Assembly: GCA_045604215.1 (NCBI GenBank)
Contig: JAZUNP010000012.1
Location: 6,980-70,979, forward strand
Source of the DNA: Acutalibacteraceae bacterium
GTDB taxonomy: Bacteria > Bacillota > Clostridia > Oscillospirales > Acutalibacteraceae
Reading direction: 5' to 3'
DNA length: 64,000 bases
How positions within the stretch are numbered: position 1 is the stretch's first letter; each line of letters starts with the position of its first letter. Position numbers and translations under genes: made by a program. Of this stretch, positions 18,679 to 28,676 are shown piece by piece. The notes beneath the pieces were generated by a model that saw only the letters and a program-made list of their open reading frames with translations, was not told the DNA's origin and searched no databases.

Positions 18679-20400
18679 ATGTTAAAAAGATTTTTAAGCT
18701 ATTACAAACCACACAGAGTTACCTTTACACTTGATATGTTAGCATCCTTTACTATGTCGGTAATAGCAATTTTTTACCCTATAATAACACGCAAAATGCT
18801 AAACGAACTTATCCCAAACCAAAAATACAAAGAAATCGTTATTTATGGCGTAGGACTGCTTATTATCTATCTTATGCGTATGGGACTTTCATATTTTGTG
18901 CAATATCAAGGCCATATGATGGGTGTTAAAATGCAAGAAAAGATGCGCAGTGACCTTTTTGCCCATCTCGAAAAATTGCCGTTTTCTTTTTTTGACAACA
19001 ACGAAACCGGCAAGATTATGACACGAATGACAAGTGACCTTTTTGATGTTGTTGAACTTGCGCACCACGGTCCTGAAAATGTTTTAATTACAAGCGTTTC
19101 GGTTATTATTTCGTTTGCATATCTTATGTCAATAAATGTGCCGCTATCGCTCATATTATTGGTTTGCGTTCCAATTTTGATGATAATATCATCCGTTCTT
19201 CGTAAAAAAATGCGTGACGCATTTAAAAAGCGTCGCGAGGCAAACGCTGTTATAAACGCCGCGCTTGAAAGCAGTATTTCGGGTATCCGAGTTACAAAGG
19301 CATTTACCAACTCTGACAGGGAAATTGAAAAGTTTGCTGTTGGTAATGTCGAGTTTGTGGAAAACAGCCGCAAGGCATACAAGGCAATGGGACAATTCCA
19401 CTCTCAAACCACTTTCGTCACCGATATTTTTAACGTAATTTTGCTTATAGCTGGCGGATTTTTACTCTTTCGCGGAAAAAGCGATTTTAATTTTGGCGAC
19501 TATTCGGCGTTTATCGTTTCGATAAACCTGTTTATTAACCCAATAAACACTCTTATTCGTTTTATGGAGTCCTTCCAGAACGGTGTTACGGGCTTCGAAC
19601 GATTCATTGAAATCCTTGACACACCAATTGAAGAGGATAGTCCCGACGCCGTAGATATACCCACCATTGACGGTATTATAGAATTTAAAAATGTTACCTA
19701 CGGTTACGGCGACAGTGACAACGTGCTTAAAAACGTTAGTCTTAAAATTGATAAGGGACAAACCTTTGCGCTTGTCGGTCCATCTGGTGGCGGCAAAACT
19801 ACAATTTGCCACCTTATTCCGCATTTTTACGATGTTCGCGAAGGTGAAATTTTGATTGACGGTGTAAATATTAACAATATTACACGTGAGTCACTCCGAA
19901 AAAATATTGGTATCGTTCAGCAGGACGTATATCTATTCAATTCAAGCATTAAAGAAAACATACTTTACGGACGGCTTGACGCTACCGACGATGAGGTTAT
20001 CCAAGCGGCAAAGCGCGCTAATATTCACGAATATGTTATGACTCTACCCGACGGTTACGATACCGTTATCGGTGAGCGCGGCGTAAAGCTTTCGGGCGGA
20101 CAAAAGCAACGCCTTAGTATCGCGCGAGTATTTCTAAAAAATCCGCCTATACTTATTCTTGACGAGGCAACAAGCGCGCTCGACAATGCAACCGAAATTA
20201 TGATTCAGCAAGCGCTTGATGAGCTGTGCCGTGGCAGAACAACCTTGGTTGTAGCGCACCGACTTTCTACCATCAAAAACGCAAATGAAATCGCGGTAGT
20301 CTCCGGCGGAGAAATTTGTGAGAAAGGCTCCCACAACGAACTTATGGAGAAAAATGGCATCTACGCAATGCTACACAAACAGCAATTTAGAAGCAGTTAA
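18679..20400 (+). CDS. ABC transporter ATP-binding/permease half-transporter (MsbA/multidrug exporter type)
   Basis: 573 aa. Six-TM N-terminal domain, Walker A GPSGGGKTT, signature LSGGQKQR, Walker B ILILDEATSALD. Confidence 0.9.
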   Translation: MLKRFLSYYKPHRVTFTLDMLASFTMSVIAIFYPIITRKMLNELIPNQKYKEIVIYGVGLLIIYLMRMGLSYFVQYQGHMMGVKMQEKMRSDLFAHLEKLPFSFFDNNETGKIMTRMTSDLFDVVELAHHGPENVLITSVSVIISFAYLMSINVPLSLILLVCVPILMIISSVLRKKMRDAFKKRREANAVINAALESSISGIRVTKAFTNSDREIEKFAVGNVEFVENSRKAYKAMGQFHSQTTFVTDIFNVILLIAGGFLLFRGKSDFNFGDYSAFIVSINLFINPINTLIRFMESFQNGVTGFERFIEILDTPIEEDSPDAVDIPTIDGIIEFKNVTYGYGDSDNVLKNVSLKIDKGQTFALVGPSGGGKTTICHLIPHFYDVREGEILIDGVNINNITRESLRKNIGIVQQDVYLFNSSIKENILYGRLDATDDEVIQAAKRANIHEYVMTLPDGYDTVIGERGVKLSGGQKQRLSIARVFLKNPPILILDEATSALDNATEIMIQQALDELCRGRTTLVVAHRLSTIKNANEIAVVSGGEICEKGSHNELMEKNGIYAMLHKQQFRSS

Positions 20401-20402
20401 AA

Positions 20403-20437
20403 TAAAACGAGCTAAAATTAGCTCGTTTTATTTTTTG
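20403..20437 (+). terminator. rho-independent terminator after the ABC exporter
   Basis: Stem aaaacgagc (20404-20412) pairs with gctcgtttt (20421-20429), followed by a T-run to 20436. Confidence 0.7.
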
Positions 20438-20484
20438 CCAAAAAATTCACACGAAATCTTAATAAAGTAAATGCGCACTTTACC

Positions 20485-20513
20485 TTGCAATTCCTATATC
20501 ATTATGCTATAAT
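20485..20513 (+). promoter_or_regulatory. promoter of lepA
   Basis: TTGCAA (20485-20490), 17 nt spacer, TATAAT (20508-20513). Confidence 0.5.
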
Positions 20514-20554
20514 ACACTATGTATAAATATATATAATATAAGGAGAAGTAGACC

Positions 20555-22360
20555 TTGTCATTTCCACTTGAAAACATAAGAAATTTTTGCATAGTTGCAC
20601 ATATTGACCACGGCAAATCTACACTTGCCGACCGACTTTTAGAGCTTACTCAATCGGTAGCCGAGCGCGATATGGAAGAACAAATACTCGATAGTATGGA
20701 TTTAGAGCGTGAACGCGGCATTACCATCAAAGCGCACGCGGTAACGCTTTACTATACTGCAAAAGACGGTAAAGAATACGAGCTTAATCTTATTGACACT
20801 CCAGGACACGTTGACTTTAACTATGAGGTATCTCGTTCCTTGGCGGCATGTGAAGGCGCAATACTTGTGGTGGATGCTTCACAGGGTATAGAAGCTCAAA
20901 CCTTGGCAAACACCTATTTAGCTGTTGACCACGGACTTGAGATTTTACCTGTTATCAACAAGATCGACCTCCCCTCTGCCGAGCCTGATAGAATCAAGGC
21001 AGAAATTGAGGATATTATCGGTATTCCCGCCGATGAAGCACCTCTTATCTCGGCAAAAACAGGCATAAATGTTGAGCAGGTTTTAGAAACAATCGTTGAG
21101 GGCGTGCCCGCGCCAAAGGGCGACCGCGAGGCTCCGCTTAAAGCGCTGATATTTGACTCTTACTATGATGCATACAAAGGTGTTATCGTTTACTTCCGTG
21201 TCGTATCGGGCAAAATCAAATCGGGTGACACCATCAAAATGATGGCAACAGGCGCCGAGTTCGACATTGTAGAGCTTGGTCGCAAACGCGCGACGTGCTA
21301 CGAAACCTGTGACACACTTGAAGCGGGTGAGGTTGGATACCTTGCGGCTTCGATTAAGACAGTAAGCGAGGCGCGTGTTGGTGATACCATTACTTTATCC
21401 GATACTCCTGCCGACGAGGCACTCCCAGGTTACCGCGCGGCAAAGCCTGTTGTGTTCTGCGGTATATATCCAGCCGACGGCGCAAAATACCCCGACCTTC
21501 GCGAAGCACTTGAAAAATTACAGCTTAATGACGCTTCGCTTCTCTTTGAGCCTGAAACCTCACAGGCGTGAGGCTTCGGTTTCCGTTGCGGATTTTTAGG
21601 ACTGCTGCATATGGAAATATTGGAAGAACGACTTGAGCGTGAATACAACCTTGACATAATCACAACAGCTCCCAGTGTGCAGTATGAATTTGCGCTTACA
21701 AACGGGGAGAAAATATTTGTAGATAATCCCACAAACTACCCCGACCCTGCCGTGATTTCCGAGGCGCTTGAGCCGGTCGCTAACGTGCATATTTATTCAC
21801 CGAGCGAATATGTTGGTACTATAATGCAGCTCTGCGAGGAGCGTCGCGGTGATTACAAGGGTATGACCTACATGGGTGACCGCGTGGATATACACTATGT
21901 ACTACCTATGGGTGAGATAGTTTATGACTTTTTCGACGCGCTAAAGAGCCGTACCAAGGGCTATGCAAGCTATGATTACGAGCCTGCAGGCTACCAAAAA
22001 TCAAACCTTGTTAAGCTCGACGTTATGCTTGCGGGTGATACAGTTGACGCGCTGTCGTTTATAGTGCATAGCTCCAATTCTTACACCCGTGCGCGCAGAA
22101 TTGCCGAAAAGTTAAAGGATTATATTCCAAGACAGCTTTTTGAAGTTCCCGTTCAGGTAGCAGTGGGCGGCAAAATCATTGCCCGCGAAACCGTAAAAGC
22201 TATGCGCAAGGATGTACTTGCAAAATGCTACGGCGGCGACATTACACGTAAGAAAAAACTTCTTGAAAAACAAAAAGAAGGCAAAAAGAAAATGCGCAGA
22301 CTTGGCTCCGTTGAGGTACCAAAAGACGCATTTATGGCAGTTCTTAAACTTGATGAATAA
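20555..22360 (+). pseudogene. lepA: elongation factor 4 (LepA) interrupted by one in-frame TGA at 21569-21571
   Basis: ORFs 20555-21571 and 21611-22360 are in the same frame. Reading through gives ...[33 protein letters not shown], so the stop replaces the conserved Leu of the LepA motif [15 protein letters not shown]. The N-terminus has [18 protein letters not shown] and [11 protein letters not shown] start with AAGGAG RBS. Confidence 0.85.
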
Positions 22361-22377
22361 CGGCATTATTCATCAAG
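22349..22377 (+). terminator. perfect 12-bp stem-loop overlapping the lepA stop codon (no U-tract)
   Basis: cttgatgaataa (22349-22360) pairs with ttattcatcaag (22366-22377) around a 5-nt loop. It is followed by agcaaaaaag rather than a T-run. Confidence 0.3.
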
Positions 22378-22449
22378 AGCAAAAAAGTAAAAGTGGGTAG
22401 TAAAAAGTAATGTGTTCCCTTCGGGGACGAATATAAAAGAGGCTTAAAT

Positions 22450-23325
22450 ATGACCAAAAATAGAAAGAAAGCGATAATTCGTCGCAGAATATTTATAGCG
22501 CTTGTTCTGGTGTTGTTGGCTGTAGTTATTGCGCTGATTTCAATTATTGTTGCAATAATAAAAAACGGTAAAGTTGCAGATGATACCCAATCAAACATTT
22601 CGTCCGTTTCAAGCAATACCGATTCATCCTCGTCAAAGGTAGATACACCGAGCGAGGCCGAAATAGTTGTTACTCCCACGGGGGTAAAGCTTGACGCAAA
22701 TTTCGGCAGACTGTTGCTTATAAACGGCGAAAACCCATTGCCCGACGACTACGACACCAAGGTGCGTGAATATTTGGTAGAGATTGACGAGCAGTATCGC
22801 AACAATAATTACGTAACACAAATACATCGCGACGTTTATCCGTACATTACCGCTATGGTAGCGGCGGCACAAGCGGACGGTGTCGACTTACGAGTTTGGT
22901 CACCGTTTCGTAGCTACGCAATACAAAGCGACCTATTTCAAAAGCAGGTTGACCGCGTAGGCGGTGATGAGACAAAAGCCTCAACGGTTGTAGCAAGGCC
23001 GGGTACGAGTGAGCATAACACAGGTCTTTGCGCCGACTTTAATATGGCGAGTGATGCTTTCGAAAGCACAGATATGTATAAATGGATGACTTTAAATGCC
23101 GAGGACTACGGATTTATTTTACGCTATCCAAAGGAAAAAGAGCATATAACAGGTGTTATTTATGAATCTTGGCATTGGCGATTTGTTGGTATTAACAACG
23201 CGAAATTAATAAATGAATTAGGTTTGACACTTGAGGAATTTATTAAAATGGAAAGCATAGACCCCGCAATAGATATGTATGGCGACGACTCGGCAAACGA
23301 ACAATCAGAACAAATAATAGACTAA
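22450..23325 (+). CDS. VanY-type D-alanyl-D-alanine carboxypeptidase (peptidase M15B), membrane anchored
   Basis: 291 aa with an N-terminal TM helix. Zn-ligand motifs SEHNTGLCADF and ESWHWRF. Confidence 0.88.
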   Translation: MTKNRKKAIIRRRIFIALVLVLLAVVIALISIIVAIIKNGKVADDTQSNISSVSSNTDSSSSKVDTPSEAEIVVTPTGVKLDANFGRLLLINGENPLPDDYDTKVREYLVEIDEQYRNNNYVTQIHRDVYPYITAMVAAAQADGVDLRVWSPFRSYAIQSDLFQKQVDRVGGDETKASTVVARPGTSEHNTGLCADFNMASDAFESTDMYKWMTLNAEDYGFILRYPKEKEHITGVIYESWHWRFVGINNAKLINELGLTLEEFIKMESIDPAIDMYGDDSANEQSEQIID

Positions 23326-23343
23326 TTTTGGGAGGAACGCTTT

Positions 23344-24723
23344 ATGGATTTTAAGCAATTTTTCAGCCAGTTAAAGGGCAAAAAAATCGCTATGTGCGGT
23401 ATCGGTGTCAGCAACACCCCACTTATTTTAAACTTTTTAAAACAAGGCGCGCGTGTTATTGCGTGTGACCGTCGTGAGCGTGAGCTTATAGGCACAATAG
23501 CTGATGAATTAGAAGCCGCAGGTGCAGAACTTAAACTCGGCGAGGATTATTTAAGCAATCTTGAGGTTGATATAATCTTTCGCACCCCAGGTATGAATTT
23601 TCATCTTCCCGAGCTTGAACGCGCCCGCAAACGCGGTATTGCGGTTACAAGCGAGATGGAAGTGTTTTTTGACCTTTGCCCTGCTACAATTTTTGCAGTA
23701 ACTGGCTCTGACGGCAAGACCACAACCACCACCCTTATTGCAAAAATGCTTGAAGCTGAGGGAAAACGCGTTTTTGTTGGCGGTAACATTGGCACACCTC
23801 TTCTCCCTGAAATTGAAAATATTACTGCCGACGATTTTGTTGTGGCAGAGCTTTCCTCTTTTCAGCTTATCTCTATGAGAAAAAGTCCTGACGTTGCGGT
23901 TGTTACCAATGTAGCACCTAACCACCTTGACGTGCATAAGGATATGGACGAATACGTTGAGGCAAAGAAAAACATTCTCTTACACCAAAACGCATTCTCA
24001 CGTACAATTCTTAACCGTGATAACGATATTACCGAAGGTTTTCGCAAGGATGTTCGCGGTCAAAGTCTCGGCTTTAGTATGACCCGCCGTCTTAACAACG
24101 GCGCGTGGCTTGATGATGACGGAATACTCCATATGGCATATCGCGGTATAGATGTTCCGGTTGTTGATCGTAAAGATATAAGAATTTTAGGTGACCACAA
24201 TGTAGAAAATTACCTTACTGCTATTGCGGCTGTTTGGGGCTATGTTGGTGTTGATAATATAAAAAAGGTAGCGCGTGAGTTCGGCGGTGTCGAGCACAGG
24301 ATTGAATTTGTGCGTGAGGTAAATGGAGTTAAATACTATAACGACTCTATCGCTTCAAGCCCAACAAGAACAATCGCAGGCCTTAAAGCCTTCGACCAAA
24401 AGGTAATTCTTATTGCGGGTGGCTATGATAAGCATATACCCTTTAACCCTATGATGCCTTATGTGGTAGAAAAGGTAAAAACGCTTTATCTTTGCGGCGA
24501 TACGGCTGACAAGATTGAAAAAAGTCTTCGTGAATATGAGGGGTATAACGGCGAACCAGAAATTGTGCGCGTAAACGATATTGCCGAGGCTGTAGCCGAT
24601 GCTAATAAGACCGCGCAGGTCGGCGATATAGTAACCCTTTCTCCTGCATGTGCGAGTTTTGATAAATATCCAAACTTTGTTGCACGTGGGATACATTTTA
24701 AACAATTGGTGAATGAACTGTAA
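23344..24723 (+). CDS. murD: UDP-N-acetylmuramoyl-L-alanine--D-glutamate ligase
   Basis: 459 aa with the Mur ligase P-loop VTGSDGKTTTT, NVAPNHLD, and GGYDK. Confidence 0.93.
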   Translation: MDFKQFFSQLKGKKIAMCGIGVSNTPLILNFLKQGARVIACDRRERELIGTIADELEAAGAELKLGEDYLSNLEVDIIFRTPGMNFHLPELERARKRGIAVTSEMEVFFDLCPATIFAVTGSDGKTTTTTLIAKMLEAEGKRVFVGGNIGTPLLPEIENITADDFVVAELSSFQLISMRKSPDVAVVTNVAPNHLDVHKDMDEYVEAKKNILLHQNAFSRTILNRDNDITEGFRKDVRGQSLGFSMTRRLNNGAWLDDDGILHMAYRGIDVPVVDRKDIRILGDHNVENYLTAIAAVWGYVGVDNIKKVAREFGGVEHRIEFVREVNGVKYYNDSIASSPTRTIAGLKAFDQKVILIAGGYDKHIPFNPMMPYVVEKVKTLYLCGDTADKIEKSLREYEGYNGEPEIVRVNDIAEAVADANKTAQVGDIVTLSPACASFDKYPNFVARGIHFKQLVNEL

Positions 24724-25724
24724 TGAACATTAAAGAAACATTAATTAAGCTGTCTAACGCCGTAAGCATTGGCGATATAACCGATGCGAGCGAAATCGCC
24801 GTTAACATCCTTTCGAGTTATGCCGAAGCAACACGTGACGGTATCAATGTTGTAGGCAAAATGATGGGTGAAGGTGATTATACTCTTATGCTTGAAGCCC
24901 ATATTGACGAGGTTGGCTTTGTTGTCACCGACGTTGACTGTGACGGATTTTTGACCGTAAAAAACTGCGGCGGCATAGATTTACGAACACTTCCCGCCCG
25001 TACGGTTGCCGTTCACGGTAAAGAAAAAATAACAGGCGTGTTTTGCGCAACTCCTCCCCACCTCGGCGGACCAAAGGAATATGATGATATATCAGCTATA
25101 AAAATAGACACCCTTTTGGGCGAAAAAGCAAAAGACGTTATATCGGTTGGTGATTCTGTAACTTTTATGGCAAACGCTGCCGAGCTTAAAAACGGTCGTG
25201 TCACAGGCAAAAGCCTCGACAATCGTGCAGGCGTGGTATGCCTTTTGGAACTCGCTGAAAGGTTACACGGTAAAAATTTGCCGTGTAATATAGTCTTTGC
25301 ATTTACAGATGCGGAAGAGCTTGGTAATCGCGGTGCTATTACTACAACCTTTGATATTTCGCCCGATGAGGCGATTGTACTTGACGTATCTTTTGCTGAT
25401 GCGCCCGATATTCCCTCTAACGAGTGCGGCAACTTAGGCGGCGGCGCAATGATTGGTATGTCACCTGTTCTTGATAAAAACATATCTAAAAAACTTGTGT
25501 CTATTGCCAAGGAAAATAATCTTTCCTATCAAACCGAGGTTATGGGTAGCAGAACAGGTACTAACGGTGACGTTATTTCGGTTTCGAAAAGCGGTATAAA
25601 AACTGGACTTGTATCAATTCCGCTTCGAAATATGCATACCGACTGTGAAATAATTGATATTAAAGATATAGAAAATGTTTGCAACCTTCTTGAAAATTAT
25701 ATTTTAAAAGGAGGTAACGCATAA
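24723..25724 (+). CDS. M42 family metallopeptidase (glutamyl aminopeptidase/CelM-like), copy 1
   Basis: 333 aa with EAHIDEVGF, KSLDNRAG, TDAEELGNRGA, and HTDCEI. The start overlaps the murD stop (TAATG). Confidence 0.85.
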   Translation: MNIKETLIKLSNAVSIGDITDASEIAVNILSSYAEATRDGINVVGKMMGEGDYTLMLEAHIDEVGFVVTDVDCDGFLTVKNCGGIDLRTLPARTVAVHGKEKITGVFCATPPHLGGPKEYDDISAIKIDTLLGEKAKDVISVGDSVTFMANAAELKNGRVTGKSLDNRAGVVCLLELAERLHGKNLPCNIVFAFTDAEELGNRGAITTTFDISPDEAIVLDVSFADAPDIPSNECGNLGGGAMIGMSPVLDKNISKKLVSIAKENNLSYQTEVMGSRTGTNGDVISVSKSGIKTGLVSIPLRNMHTDCEIIDIKDIENVCNLLENYILKGGNA

Positions 25725-26731
25725 TGAACGAATTATTAAAGCAACTTTGTCTAATTGACGGTACCTCGGGTGACGAGAGTGCTGTTCGTGAATTTGTTAT
25801 ATTGCAAATAAAGGATTTTTGTGAATATAAAATTGATAATTTAGGTAATATAATTGCCTTTAAAAAAGGCAAAAACACACCGCAAAAAAAGGTACTCATT
25901 GACGCTCATCTTGATGAGGTTGGACTGATTATTACTCATATTGAAAACGACGGATTTTTACGTTTTAAAACGGTGGGCGGCATAGATACAGCGGCGCTAA
26001 TGTTCCGCCGTGTGCTTATAAACGGTAAGACGCTCGGTGTAATAGGCGGAAAACCCGTTCATTTATGTGAGGGTGATGAGCGTAAAAAGTTACCAAGCGC
26101 CGATAGTCTATACATTGATTTAGGTGCTTGTTCGAAAGAAGAGGCAGAAAAGCTTATTAGCGTTGGCGACTGCGCCGTTATGTGCAGTGATTTTACAGCT
26201 ATCGGCGAAAAGGTGCTTTCTAAAGCGCTTGACGACCGTGTTGGCTGCGCAGTTTTAATTGATTTGTTAAAACAAGATGCCGAGTATGATTTTTATGCTT
26301 CCTTTTCCGTTCAGGAAGAGGTTGGACTTCGCGGCGCAAAGGTTGTAGCCTTTTCTGTAGAACCCGATGCGGCAATCGTTATTGACGGTACCACAGCCGC
26401 CGATATATCGGGTGTCTCCGACTGCAAAAAGGTTTGTCATCAAGGCGAGGGCGCGGTGGTTTCTTTTATGGACGGTGCTACCAGTTATGACCGAGAATAT
26501 TATAAAGCCGCTTTAAATAGCGGTATAAAGGCACAAATCAAATGTGCAGTAGCGGGTGGGAACAATGCAGGTGCTATTCATTTAAGCCGCGGCGGTGTTC
26601 GCACCGTGGCTTTGTCGGTGCCTTGCCGATATATCCATACCGCAGGCTCTACTTGCGATATTTGCGACGTTTATGCCGTACGCGACCTTACAAAATATAT
26701 GATAAACCAAATTGCGAGTGGCAATTTATGA
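25724..26731 (+). CDS. M42 family metallopeptidase, copy 2
   Basis: 335 aa with DAHLDEVGL, KALDDRVG, SVQEEVGLRGA, and RYIHT. The start overlaps the stop of copy 1 (TAATG). Confidence 0.85.
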   Translation: MNELLKQLCLIDGTSGDESAVREFVILQIKDFCEYKIDNLGNIIAFKKGKNTPQKKVLIDAHLDEVGLIITHIENDGFLRFKTVGGIDTAALMFRRVLINGKTLGVIGGKPVHLCEGDERKKLPSADSLYIDLGACSKEEAEKLISVGDCAVMCSDFTAIGEKVLSKALDDRVGCAVLIDLLKQDAEYDFYASFSVQEEVGLRGAKVVAFSVEPDAAIVIDGTTAADISGVSDCKKVCHQGEGAVVSFMDGATSYDREYYKAALNSGIKAQIKCAVAGGNNAGAIHLSRGGVRTVALSVPCRYIHTAGSTCDICDVYAVRDLTKYMINQIASGNL

Positions 26732-27402
26732 TTTCGCTGACAAACGAAATACCAAAGATAAATTTACCTCTTGCCGAGGTTGTAAAAATTAACTGCACCT
26801 ATAATTCCTACCGCGATATTGCGCTTTTTTGGGTGCAAAATAAAAAACAAGCTGTAATTTCCATGCTTGACGGAAATATGGTAATTTACAATAACTGCGC
26901 CGATATTGACGAATTACGAGAATTTATCAGTGTTATATCGCCCGTATCGGTATTTTCCAATACCGATACTCTCACTGCTCTTTTTGATAATGCTTTTCAT
27001 GAGGTTTATGTTATGAAAAGTAATTACAATTTTAACTGTGATATACAATCAGAAACATTAAACAGTAGTGAAATTTACAAATTGCTAAATATTGATGGCT
27101 TGGAATTGCCGCCTTATGAACATTTTGCGGTGGATTTTTGTCACCGATTAAATCACGGTTATTTAAAATACTTTGCTTTAAAAACTACGTGCGCCGCAAT
27201 AGGAATCAGTGATGGACAGGCAGTGCTTATAAACGGTATTGCATCTCATCAAAAGGGTATGGGCCGTATTGCACTTAACGGTTTGCTTTCACAATATAAC
27301 TGCCCAGCTATTGCTGTTTGCGAAAAAGAAATAATGCCCTTTTACTTAAAAAACAATTTTAAGTATGCTTATACTGCGGGCTATTGGAGGAAAATTTTTT
27401 GA
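26728..27402 (+). CDS. hypothetical protein with a possible GNAT-like C-terminal half
   Basis: 224 aa from the ATG at 26728, which overlaps the preceding stop (ATGA). The C-terminal SHQKGMGRIALNGLL resembles the GNAT Q/RxxGxG/A acetyl-CoA motif. The track start at 26542 lies inside the M42 gene. Confidence 0.55.
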   Translation: MISLTNEIPKINLPLAEVVKINCTYNSYRDIALFWVQNKKQAVISMLDGNMVIYNNCADIDELREFISVISPVSVFSNTDTLTALFDNAFHEVYVMKSNYNFNCDIQSETLNSSEIYKLLNIDGLELPPYEHFAVDFCHRLNHGYLKYFALKTTCAAIGISDGQAVLINGIASHQKGMGRIALNGLLSQYNCPAIAVCEKEIMPFYLKNNFKYAYTAGYWRKIF

Positions 27403-28667
27403 ACTATTTTAAATTTGACGAAAAACTCAAAGAATACAGCTCTCTTGCCGAACAAAAGGCAAAACAAAGCTTTGATAGAATAGATAGTATTACCGAATAT
27501 AATCAAACAAAGGTGCTAAATGCTTTTATTAAAAACCGCGTTAGCGAGATGCATCTCGGTATGTCCACAGGCTACGGCTACGGAGACGTTGGTCGTGACA
27601 CTTTAGACCAGGTTTTTGCCGACTGTATGGGTGCTGAGGATGCCATAGTTCGCCACAGCTTTGCTTCGGGCACACACACCCTTACCGTTGCGCTTTTTGG
27701 TATACTGCGCCCAGGAGATAAAGTGCTGGTATTAACAGGCAGACCGTATGATACAATAATTGGTGTTTTTGGCTTTGACGGTCACGTTGACGGCTCACTC
27801 TCTGATTTTGGTGTAGAATATCATCAGGTGGATTTACTCCCAGACGGAACACCCGATATAAACGCGATCCGTGCTGAACTTGCATGGGGTAATTATAAAA
27901 TGGCGTACATACAGCGTTCGCGCGGTTATAGTCTTAGACCAAGCCTTACAATAGACAAAATTGGGGAATTGTGCAGTGTTGTACGCGAGGTTTCGCCGAA
28001 TACTGTTATTATGGTGGATAACTGTTACGGCGAATTTGTAGAAACAAAAGAGCCTACCGAAGTGGGCGCCGATATTATTGCAGGCTCACTTATCAAAAAC
28101 GCAGGTGGCGGTATTGCGCCGACAGGAGGCTATATTGCGGGCAAGGCTAAATTTGTCGAAATGTGCGCGGGTCGTATGACCGCACCAGGTGTCGGTCGTG
28201 AGGTGGGCGCGTCGCTCGGTCACAACCGTGAGCTTTATATGGGACTTTTCTCATCGCCGCACGTAACGGGTGAAGCGCTTAAAACGGCTGTTTTTGCTTC
28301 GGCTTTGCTCGAGCTTTTAGGCTACAAGGTAAGTCCTACTGCAGAAGAAAAACGCGGCGATATTATACAAAGTGTAATACTTAACAAACCCGAAGCTCTT
28401 ATTGCTTTTTGCCGAGGTATGCAGTCGGGTGCGCCCGTTGATTCGTTTGTGCGACCCGAGCCATCCGATATGCCGGGTTACGACGACCAAGTTATTATGG
28501 CGGCGGGCGCGTTTACTCTAGGCTCTTCGATAGAGCTTTCTGCCGATGCGCCGCTACGCGCGCCGTATGCCGCTTGGATGCAGGGCGGACTCAACTACCA
28601 CAGCGCTAAAACAGGAGTATTACTCGCCGTACAAAGTATGATAAACGACGGCGCTTTAAAGATATAA
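27399..28667 (+). CDS. ynbB: methionine gamma-lyase family PLP enzyme (YnbB / 'aluminium resistance protein' family)
   Basis: About 422 aa with the characteristic N-terminus ...ITEYNQTKVLNAFIKNRVSEMHLGMSTGYGYGDVGRD and SLIKNAGGGIAPTGGYIAG. I prefer the TTG at 27399 (GGAGG 8 nt upstream). The TTG at 27384 is the alternative. Confidence 0.85.
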   Translation: MNYFKFDEKLKEYSSLAEQKAKQSFDRIDSITEYNQTKVLNAFIKNRVSEMHLGMSTGYGYGDVGRDTLDQVFADCMGAEDAIVRHSFASGTHTLTVALFGILRPGDKVLVLTGRPYDTIIGVFGFDGHVDGSLSDFGVEYHQVDLLPDGTPDINAIRAELAWGNYKMAYIQRSRGYSLRPSLTIDKIGELCSVVREVSPNTVIMVDNCYGEFVETKEPTEVGADIIAGSLIKNAGGGIAPTGGYIAGKAKFVEMCAGRMTAPGVGREVGASLGHNRELYMGLFSSPHVTGEALKTAVFASALLELLGYKVSPTAEEKRGDIIQSVILNKPEALIAFCRGMQSGAPVDSFVRPEPSDMPGYDDQVIMAAGAFTLGSSIELSADAPLRAPYAAWMQGGLNYHSAKTGVLLAVQSMINDGALKI

Positions 28668-28676
28668 TAAAAAGGA

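Noticed and set aside
21569-21571. The in-frame TGA in lepA as evidence for an alternative genetic code or selenocysteine
   Set aside because: TGA clearly terminates other conserved genes at their expected ends: murI at 271-273, nahK at 9045-9047, yloV at 16633-16635 and the second M42 gene at 26729-26731. The interrupted position is a conserved Leu, not a Cys, Sec, Trp or Gly site.
26542-26727. Long N-terminal extension of the 26728 gene (track ORF 26542-27402) overlapping the M42 peptidase
   Set aside because: The extension is Arg/Cys-rich out-of-frame sequence inside the conserved M42 gene. The ATG at 26728 forms a classic ATGA stop-start overlap.
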